Assembly (NCBI RefSeq): GCF_009914755.1
Contig: NC_060931.1
DNA: 64,000 nucleotides
Strand: one strand, 5' to 3'
Source: the human T2T-CHM13v2.0 reference genome, Homo sapiens
Shown: positions 1 to 25,288 of the stretch, piece by piece
How positions within the stretch are numbered: position 1 is the first letter of the stretch
Layout: each line of letters begins with the position of its first letter
Notes under the pieces: model-generated
The model's input: only the letters and a program-made list of their open reading frames with translations
What the model was told of the DNA's origin: nothing
Databases searched by the model: none
Program-made: the position numbers and the translations under genes

Positions 1-112
1 ACTCCAGAAGAGATACAGGATTATAAACCATGGTGGCATCCACACAGTGCTAACTCAGCATATGTGCAGAGTATATGAACTGTGGAGCTATGGTGGGCTC
101 CACCTAGATTTC

Positions 113-420
113 TTTCTTTTTTTTTTTTTTTTTTTTTTGAGATAGAGTCTTGCTCTGTCGCCCAGGCTGGAGTGCAGTGGCGTGATCTCAGCTCACACTG
201 CAAGCTCCACCTCCCGGGTTCACGCCATTCTTCTGCCTCAGCCTCCCAAGTAGCTGGGACTACAGGTGCCCGCCACCACGCCCGTCTAATTTTTTGTATT
301 TTTAGTAGAGACGGGGTTTCACTGTGTTAGCCAAGATGGTCTCGATCTTCTGACCTCGTGATCCACCTGCCTCGGCCTCCCAAAGTGCTGGGATTACAAG
401 CATGAGCCATGGCGCCCAGC
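113..420 (-). mobile_element. AluY with 15-bp TSD
   Basis: AluY diagnostics (caagctcc, ttcacgccattc); TSD ctccacctagatttc on both sides. Confidence 0.92.
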
Positions 421-491
421 CCTCCACCTAGATTTCAAAACATGTGTTGAACAGCTGGGCGCCCCAGGCAGAAGTTTGTCACAGAGGTGGA

Positions 492-1319
<828 letters not shown>

Positions 1320-1501
1320 TCACAGCTGTTGCCTCAGAATGAATTGTGCCGTGGGTCTCACCCATATCTGATTTAGATGAGACTCTGAACTTTAAACTTT
1401 TGAGTTGGTCCTGAAACAAATTAAGACTTTTGGAGCTATTGGGATGGAATGAATGTATTTTGCAGGTGAGAAGAACATGAATTTGGGTGGTTGGGGCAGA
1501 A

Positions 1502-1868
1502 TGCTATGGTTTGAATGTATCCTCCAAAGTTAATGTGTTGGAAACTTAATCCCCAATGCAACAATGTTGAGCGGTGCAACCTTTAAGAGATAATTAGGTC
1601 AGGAAGACTTTGCCTTCAGGAACGGATTAATGTCGTTATTGTGGGAGTGGGGTTCATTATGATGCGAGTGAGTTTCTTATGAAGGATGAGTTCTGCCCCC
1701 TTCCTGCTCTCTCTCACCATGTGATACTTTCTGCCATTGTCTGATATAGCAAGAAGGCCCTCACCAGATGTAGCCCCTCTACTCAGACTTCCCAACCTCC
1801 AGAACCCTGAGTCAAATAAATTTCTGTTCATTATAAATTACCTGTTATAGCAGCACAGAATGAAGACA
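1502..1868 (+). mobile_element. MSTB-like MaLR LTR
   Basis: Starts tgctatggtttgaatgt, contains aataaatttctgttcattataaattacc, ends gaagaca (TG...CA). Confidence 0.8.
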
Positions 1869-1904
1869 AGTGCGTCTGAATTATTCACCCTGGAGAGAAG
1901 AAAC

Positions 1905-2040
1905 TGGTTTAAAAAACGCAGATTTTTTAGTGTCTCCCAGAGCTCTGAATCTAAATCTCTGGATATCTAAACCTCTGGACATGTAATTTTTAACAATTTT
2001 CCTGGTGATTCTTAAGCACTTCAAATTTGAGAACTGCTGC
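1905..2040. mobile_element. MER5A-like hAT-Charlie fragment
   Basis: ggtgattctta...aaatttgagaactgctg terminus. Confidence 0.55.
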
Positions 2041-2140
2041 TCTATACCCAATATCATTTTAACCTGGAAAATATGCACTCACCAACCGTTCAATGTTATT
2101 ACCTGAGTTTGCCTGATCATAAAGGTCACTAGAGGGCTTA

Positions 2141-2400
2141 ATAAAAAACCAAACACCGAATGTTCTCACTCATAGGTGGGCACTGAACAATGAGAACACA
2201 TGGACACAGGAAGGGGAGCATCACACACCGGGGCCTGTTGTGGGGTGGGGGGAGGGGGGAGGGATAGCATTAGGAGATATACCTAATGTTAAATGACGAG
2301 TTAATGGGTGCAGCACACCAACATGGCACATGTATACATATGTAACAAATCTGCACGTTGTGCACATGTACCCTAAAACTTAAACTGTAATAAAAAAATA
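2141..2400 (+). mobile_element. L1PA 3' end (5'-truncated)
   Basis: atgttctcactcataggtggg...G-rich tract...tgcacatgtaccctaaaacttaaa plus A tail. Confidence 0.92.
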
Positions 2401-2589
2401 GAACTAAGAAGTTACATAGTATAATATGCCATGAAAGTAAATGTATTTAATAAGAGAAGAAATGGAAAATATCAAATAAAGCAATATAATAATTTCAAAA
2501 AATATATATATATATTTACATTCTTAGGTCGCTCTGCTGGTGGGAATCATGAATGAAACAAAGCCCAAGAATTTACATTTATTTACTTA

Positions 2590-4345
<1,756 letters not shown>

Positions 4346-4782
4346 TTAGAATAAACAGAAGTATAAACATTCATAGGAGTTAGATTTGAAGACAACTGCT
4401 TTTAACACACAGACCCACCAGGAAGTGAGCATCTTGGTGGGGGTTATTTATTATGTGTTTTACTTTGAACAGAGAACATGCACGTTCATTAGCTCAAAAG
4501 TGTTCTTGTCCTCGCATAGTGAAGGAAATGTGTGCAAGATAAGGATGAATGTGGCATGCAGGGAGATCCAGGCACGGCTGGCATTTGGCTTTGCTGATGG
4601 CTGCAATGTGGACTGTGGACTGTGGGCAAATTAACTCACCACTTTTTGAATGGCCTTTAGAGAGGAAATCCTAAAAAGATTCCAGGACCTGCAGCAGCCA
4701 CACAGGAGATTGAGTATTCAAGGGAATAGAATGCTGGAGAACACAGAGACAGTTAGGTTAACTAAAGAAGATGAAAAATTAG

Positions 4783-5438
<656 letters not shown>

Positions 5439-5559
5439 CTACCTCTCGCTGGGTCTATGGGGAAAATATTGATTAAGGCAGAGCAGGTCTTCAGAGAGAG
5501 ACTAGGTTTGGTGAGTAAGAGATTCGAAAAGCTAGAAGGGAATGAGGATATTTAAGTTA

Positions 5560-9225
<3,666 letters not shown>

Positions 9226-9250
9226 GGCAGAGCAAGGATGTTTTTGAGGA

Positions 9251-10100
<850 letters not shown>

Positions 10101-10471
10101 AAGGATATTGCTTATTATTCAAAATCACTATATAAAGCCCCTGAAAAATTGAAAGCTGCAACCAGGGAAACACTGAAAATCTCCAAGAACCCTGTGTTTC
10201 TTCTTAAAGACAGTGAGAAAAAGCACATACATCTGTTTTCCTTTTAGTTTTGGCCACCAGGAAGCTCAGAGCCAAATTTATGATGCAATTTTAATAACTA
10301 TGTAAGCCCCTATGGCCTGCTTATCTGTGTTCTTATTCCTGGCCTTTCATTTTATTCTGACTTTTCTTTTTCTTCGTCCTGATTGTATTAGCTCATCTTT
10401 ATTTTTCTATATTATATGAGTTATGGTAAGCAACTTCAAATTCAGCTTACGGAAAAGCAAGGCATTCGTAA

Positions 10472-10822
<351 letters not shown>

Positions 10823-11371
10823 TAGTTTTGCACATTAAAAAAAAAGTTTTGCACAGGTCTAACCGAAGGTGGTGGTGGGAAGATCAGGTCATAGGTGTGG
10901 GTCTCTGGAGCTCCAAGCATTGGCCAGGGTTGATTTGGATTGGGTCAGAAATATACAACGAAAAAGGGAAAAAGGATGGCAATTGATTGCCATCCCCAGA
11001 GGGAGGGGCCGAGGGTTCGCCCAGTCACCCACAGTGGCATCCTTGCAATGTGCTAGTTAGACCGCTCCTCTAAGTCCCTCCCGCACTGGCCCGCTCGGCC
11101 CCGCCCCTCTCTGGCTCCGCCCCTCCCCACCCCTGCCCCGCCCCTTTCTCCCCCGGGCTCCACCCCTCGCGCGCGACCGGCCGCGCGGCGCAGCGCCACG
11201 CCGCCTCAGTCTCCGCCCGCCGATCCGGCCTCTTCGGCCGTTGCGCACTCCACCCCCTCCCTCCGCGCCCGCGCGCGCCTTCCCCGCCCCGTCCGCCTCA
11301 CTCCTTTTGGGGCGGTTGGGCCGCGCGCCTGTGGGGGCGGGGCCCGGAGCAGGCCACCGAGCCAATGGGGC

Positions 11372-11373
<2 letters not shown>

Positions 11374-11403
<30 letters not shown>

Positions 11404-11499
11404 GGCGGAGGCGGCGGTGGCGGCGGTGGCGGCTGGGTCGGGCCCCGACGGGCGGCGGCGGCTGAGGTGGAGGCGGAGGGAGGCGGCGGCGGCGGCGGC
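11374..11499 (+). repeat. Interrupted GGC trinucleotide repeats upstream of the main ATG: 20 Gly triplets (11374-11433) and (GGC)6 (11482-11499)
   Basis: (GGC)5(GGT)2(GGC)4 GGA (GGC)2 GGT (GGC)2 GGT (GGC)2 read directly from the sequence. Confidence 0.95.
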
Positions 11500-11502
11500 G
11501 GG

Positions 11503-11513
11503 AAGATGGCGGC
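11503..11513 (+). promoter_or_regulatory. YY1 consensus overlapping the start codon
   Basis: AAGATGGCGGC matches the YY1 motif core; binding is not shown. Confidence 0.6.
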
Positions 11514-11699
11514 TCCCGTCCTGCTAAGAGTGTCGGTGCCGCGGTGGGAGCGGGTGGCCCGGTATGCAGTGTGCGCTGCCGGAATCCTGCTCTCCATCTA
11601 CGCCTACCACGTGGAGCGGGAGAAGGAGCGGGACCCCGAGCACCGGGCCCTCTGCGACCTGGGGCCCTGGGTGAAGTGCTCCGCCGCCCTTGCCTCCAG
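11506..11699 (+). CDS. VKORC1L1: VKORC1L1 coding exon 1 (codons 1-64 plus 2 nt of R65; phase-2 intron follows)
   Basis: Translates as MAAPVLLRVSVPRWERVARYAVCAAGILLSIYAYHVEREKERDPEHRALCDLGPWVKCSAALAS(R), the recognised VKORC1L1 N-terminus with TM1 and loop cysteines C50/C58. Strong Kozak aagATGg; ends at AG|GTAGCC. Confidence 0.97.
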
Positions 11700-12530
11700 G
11701 TAGCCGGCTTGGGGGAGTGGGCCAGGAGCGGCCGAGCGGGGCGAGGGTGGAGTCTCGGGGTGGGGAGCGCGCGGCGGGAGCTCAGGCCTGGGGGCGGCGG
11801 GGACCGGGCCGCTGGGGAACTGACGGGGTCGGGTCGGGGCCAGGCGGGGGGCGGCGGCGGGGCGCTCCTGCCCGGGGGGCGGCCTGAGCCCAGGCCGCGG
11901 GGCGGAGGTGGCGGGGCCGCGAGGCAGCCGGGGAGGGATGAGGTGGCAGAGTGCAGCCGGGAGGCCGGGGCGGACGCGGAGCGGTCGGGCGGGCTGGGGC
12001 CCGGCTGTGCAGGAGCGCGAGGGGGCTGCGGAGGGTGGGTCCAGGCTGGCTTGACAGGTTTCCTGGTTCTCGGGAGGCGGGCCGGGGGTGTGGGACCTTG
12101 TCCACCGCACCCTTGAGACCAGCGGCAACCTCTTGTCCCCCCGATCGCTGCAGCCGAGGCTTTGGGGCCGGCGCGGAGACAGGGGGGTTGCCTTTCCCAC
12201 TGTCTTCCTGGTGCTAGGACAGGTGTTTCCGTGGTCAGGCCTCTTTGTACTCCAGCGCTAGTGAGAATTTGCAGACTTAACTGGGACGGTGACATTTGCT
12301 GGCAAACACGAATTTGACCCTACTGTGGAAGAAGATACCCGCACTTAACATATCTGATTTCTTGGATTCCCTCTCGTATGTTTCAGTGTGCCAGGAGAAG
12401 GAAATGGTCTGAGTTTGGGTCTAGTTTAAGCTTCATTGGAGTAAAGGACAAGTATGTTATGTATATGGTGGTGTTTTAGGCATTGGAATGACTTTTAAAC
12501 GTTGTTGCCTATTAGCATATTCGAGACCAG

Positions 12531-13137
<607 letters not shown>

Positions 13138-13314
13138 TTAAATGTGAATTTAATATGTTGTGACTGAAAGTGATGTTTCATTGTGTAGCTGTGGACATAA
13201 AATAGTTTAACTTAGATGCTTGCCAAAGGAGGGTAGGTAAAAATAAGATTTGCTAATAAGAAGAGTAGATAACTTATTTGCCATGTATACAGTGAAATTA
13301 AGAAATTTGTTCAA

Positions 13315-13433
13315 TTTGATCAGCCTGTTTATAAACTACTTGCAAAAATCAAGTAGCTTATAAACTACCCATTTAATAAATGAATTTACAAATCAACTTG
13401 TTTTGCAGGTAGTTTATATGCAGGCTGATCAAA
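13315..13433. repeat. ~119-bp imperfect palindrome
   Basis: tttgatcagcctgtttataaactacttgcaaaa...ttttgcaggtagtttatatgcaggctgatcaaa. Confidence 0.85.
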
Positions 13434-13482
13434 ATCACATATGTATATATACATATATAATCACATATATGTACATATATAG

Positions 13483-17055
<3,573 letters not shown>

Positions 17056-17549
17056 ATTAAATTCTTGTCTAGGTAAGGCATTCGCTGCTTCGGATTTGAA
17101 AGATAACAAAGCATGTACAGTGAAAAGTCTCCTTCATATCCCTTCCACCAGACAGTTCTCCCGCTCAGTAGACCGCTGTGAAACTTTTCAGAGCCGTTTG
17201 ACACATAGACAAACATCCACGTGACCATATGATTCCTCCCTTTTTTTAACATGGAAGTATCACGTATGCATCCTTATTGATAGCCTGCTTTTTGCTTGGC
17301 ATTCGTTCCATTGCTCCCATACTTTAAATGCTTATGTTCATATTTAGTGAAATGTTAATAACTGCTAGTACGTAAAAGAGAATTTGTTCTAGTAGTTTTG
17401 ACTAACCAAGATAAATTTCAGAAATAAAATTCTTAACATTATCATTGTTTCTTGGTATGGAAATTTCAGAAGCAGGTTGAACTGAAAAGAGTCCAAGAGG
17501 AATAGAGAAATATCACAAGGAAGTGAATCTGGACTGTAGTAGAGATAAA

Positions 17550-18288
17550 TGTTAATACTTACAGATAATGCTTACTATGTGCTAGGCAGTGTTCTAAATG
17601 TTTTGCATACATTATTGAAGTCTCTCAAGAGTCCCATGAGGCAGGTAGCTTTTATCACCATTTTACACATGAGAAAACTGAGCAACGCAGACTAACACTT
17701 GATCCAGGTAGTACAGTGGCAGAGGCCTGATTCTAACCCAGGCAGTCTGGCTCAAGAGTCCAAGCTCTTTACCACCACTCTTTCTGTCTTCCTTTCTTCC
17801 TTTCCCTCCCACCCTCCTTCTTCCTTTCCTTTCTTTTCTCTCTTTCTTTTCCTTCCTTCTTTTCTTTCTTTTTCCTTCCTTCCTTCCTTTTCTTTATTTT
17901 TCCTTCTTCCTTCCTCCTTCGTTCCTTGCTTCCTTCTTTCCTTTTCTTTTTCTTTCCTTTCCTTTTTTTTTCTTTCCTTTCTTTTCTTTCTTCTTTAACT
18001 TTTTGAGACATTGTCTCACTCTGTCTCCCCAGGCTGAGTGCAGTGGTGCAGTCATGGCTCACTGCAGCCTCAACCTCCCTGGGTCAAGTGATCCTCCAAC
18101 CTCAGCTTCCTGAGTAGCTGGGTCTACAGTTGCACACCCCACCATGCCTAGCTAATTTTTTCTATTTTTCATAGTGACGAGGTCTCACTTTGTTGCCTGA
18201 GTTGGTCTCAAACTCCTGGCCTCAAGCAGTCTTCCCACTTGGCCTCCCAAAGTGCTGAGATTACAGGTGTGAGCCACCACGCCCAGCC
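17550..18288 (-). mobile_element. MIR (~17550-17775) and AluJ (~17780-18288) whose tail is an expanded (TTCC/TTTC)n tract
   Basis: MIR core cattttacacatgagaaaactgag; about 215 bp almost pure pyrimidine at 17780-17996; TSD ctttaccacYact. Confidence 0.8.
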
Positions 18289-19043
18289 TTTTACCACTAC
18301 TTTAAATTCCATTTAGATCTAATATTGATAGAGTGATAACCATATCAACCAGATTTTTTAAATATGCAAACAATGGTGCCAGTTTCTGTATCTATGTGAC
18401 AAAAATATATAGAGTTTGTGGTATCACTTTTACCTGTTTAGAGCACTCTTTGGAAAGGCAGGGAAATTACTGTGAAGGTATTGGTATTCCAGAAGTAAGT
18501 TCCTGGAGTGTTTGCCTTCTAAGGTGTGAGGACGTGGTTTGTCACACCCAGTTAACTAACAGATAGACGGTGTAGTGAGCTGTCCGGAAGACTTAGCAGG
18601 TTAGCCTAGGGAGGAAGGAGAAAGGGGTTCTGGGCACATGGAGGGAGGGGGAGGGAAAAGAGTTTGTTTGAATCTGTCCTAGATTGGGGTAGCTTTTTCG
18701 GAGGGAGGCCTTGTCGTGTGGACCTGCTGCATATAAAGACAGGAGAATTGGACCTGAGGTGTGGTGCTAGCTAAAGCGCCACACAGATCTGGGAATTTAA
18801 GAGGAGTTCATTTCCTCAATCATTAGGAAGAACTTGAAAGGGTAGCAAACTGTGGTCATTTGAGAAGAACAGCAAGTGGTCATATTTGAATGTAACATAT
18901 TCAACTGGGTTGGGAAAGAACCAGAATCTAGATCTTGCCCATAGCAAGTGCAAAACCAGGCGTTCTTATAAACCATGTACTCTTGTAAACACTGATAAGA
19001 CATAGCACTGAGTCCTGAGCTTTTCTTCTATAAAGTTATTGTA

Positions 19044-19273
19044 CAGGTTGAGGATCCCTAATCCGAAAATCCAAAATCTGAAATGCCCCTGTGAGCATTT
19101 CCGTTGAGTGTCATTGGCACTCAAAGTTTTGGATTTTGGACCATTTCAGATTTTGAACTTTCAGATTTGGGATGCTCAACCGGTATATAATGCACATATT
19201 CCCAAATCTGAAAAAATCCCAAATCCAAAGCATTTCAGCTCCAAAGTGTTTCAGATAAGGAATATTCAACCTG
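19044..19273 (-). mobile_element. Tigger4a (Zombi-family) MITE, apparently full length
   Basis: TIRs caggttga...tcaacctg flanked by TA on both sides; internal ctcaaccgg and (aaaatc) repeats. Confidence 0.8.
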
Positions 19274-19429
19274 TACTACATTGTACTAGGCTTGTATTAG
19301 ATTCCCAGTTTTCAAAATTTGTATCTCAGAATCCCTGTTCTCTGTCAATGAAACAGGGATTTCATACACCTTTGATTCACATTTTAATGTTTTAAGTTTA
19401 AAATATTATAAATGTTTATACACAGTCAA

Positions 19430-22785
<3,356 letters not shown>

Positions 22786-22839
22786 ATTACCACTATTTTC
22801 CCATGTTGTTAAAAATTCCACCAGTAATGGAATAGAATA

Positions 22840-24160
22840 TTAGGTGCCCTGTGCCCTTGCCAAATTGGGCATTCTCATTTTTTAGATATTTGCCAATATG
22901 ATATATGAAAATTGTCATGTTATTGTTTTGATTTGCATTTTCCCCAAGCATCAGCAAGATTTAATGGTTTCACATTTAAAAAATTTATTTTTTAATTTAT
23001 AATCACCTTGTTTGATAATGAGGTTTTCATGTTTTTATTAACTGTGTTTCTTCTCCTGCCTGGATAAATTTTAGAATTTTTCACATTGATTTAGACGAAT
23101 GCTAGTACAAAGGTTTTTTCAAGTCTATGATAATTTTAATGATTTTTCTTGGTAATTTTTGTCTGTAGATTCAAGTTCAGACAGGCATTTCCCATTCTGA
23201 TATTGTGTAAATATATGTAATTTGTTAGTTCTGAAAAACATGACTTCTTAAATCTCCTAGCATGTAGTTTACTGGGTGTTACATGAGTCTACAACATAAT
23301 TTTTGTACAGACAAAAATTTTGCATTTCTTCTGGATATTGCCTGTTCATACCTTTGCCCATTTTTTCCCTTTCTGGGTTGTTTATCTTTTCTTCTTATTG
23401 CTTTATAGGAGTTCTTTAGATGTCACAATGGTTAATCTTTTGTTATATGTGTTACACATTTTCTCTTCATTTGTTATTTGTCTTTTAATTTTGTTTATGA
23501 TGTCTTTACATAGAAGTGTTAACTTAGGTGGTCAGATCTTTCACTTAAAAAAATTCTTCATTATTCAACTGGAAAATCTTTCACATATTTATAGTTGTTT
23601 TTTTTTTCTGGTTTAGCAAAATCTCTACCATCCCAAGATTATCTTTAAAATATTTTCATATATTTTATGTGAAAAAATTTTTTTCACACTGAGCTCTTTT
23701 AGTTTGTATGGAATTTCCTTTTGTGTCTAGTGTAAGGGTAGGGATCTAAATTTTTCCTAAATGGATAGGCTTTTGCCTCTCTCAGTTCATTGACTTGTTC
23801 ATATTTCAAATGCCACAAGGCTTTTCTGCATACATAAGGCCTCTTTCTGGATTCTCAGTTCTGTTCCAGTGACAGGTCGGTCTGTGTTTATTCCATTACC
23901 ACCCCTCCCCCGTGGCTTTTTATAGAAGTTTGATATCTGATAGGGCAAATATGCTCATTTCCAAATTTTTCTTTGCTATTGTCATGAATTTACTGTTTCC
24001 GGTGAATTCTAGAATAATTTTGATGAGTTCTAAGACAAATCCCACTGAGATTTTGATTAGAATTGTGCTAAATTTATAGACGAATATGGGAAGGAGTCAG
24101 TTCTCACTAGCAGGTCTTTCCATCAAGGAGCATATCGTATCTGTTTATTCTGGAGTTGCC
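22840..24160 (-). mobile_element. Ancient L1M fragments
   Basis: T-rich L1 antisense motifs (ttttgatttgcatttt, cctgttcatacctttgcccatt, gattttgattagaattg). Confidence 0.65.
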
Positions 24161-24659
24161 TCTCTGATAATGGTTTTAACCTAGATGCTTATTGTGGCAT
24201 TGTTTTGTTCTAAACACATGTATTACAAAGATAGTATTAGAGTAAATTAGTTGAGGGAAAAGCCTTATATCATCTATCCCTGTTTTCATTTCTCTTTTCA
24301 CCTTTACTTTTGGTCTAAAGAGACTTTATCATGATATATGGTATATGTATACTCTGGTTCTTGTAATAATCGGCAGTATATTATGATCTCTTTTTCTTGT
24401 AGTCATTAATTTAATGATTAAGGACCATTTAATCAAGTTGATAACTGTACTTAACTCTTATTGTTAGATATGAAGGATGTTTCCAGTTTCTGAGGGTACA
24501 CATTAAGATAGTGCCTTTACTTTTGTTTTATTTGAAAAATGTTTCAGGAGGGGTTGTTTTATTTTTTCAAAAAACCTCTTTGAGGTAATACGCAATTGTT
24601 GTGAAAATGTCGTACAATATTGCAGCATATAAAGAAGAAGGTGCCTTTTGAGAAGGTGA

Positions 24660-25288
<629 letters not shown>

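Larger units (their letters stand above)
11075..12260. promoter_or_regulatory. CpG island / VKORC1L1 promoter
   Basis: Abrupt switch to very GC- and CpG-rich sequence. Multiple GC boxes (ggccccgcccct 11097-11108, ggggcgggg 11334-11342), CCAAT 11362-11366, Inr-like TCAGTCT 11206-11212 and TCACTCC 11298-11304; no TATA. Confidence 0.92.

Noticed and set aside
11057-12295. 412-aa minus-strand ORF and other long ORFs over the CpG island (polyP, polyR)
   Set aside because: GC-rich sequence lacks stop codons. The products are low-complexity Pro/Arg/Ala/Gly with no recognisable domain, and several start at GTG/TTG.
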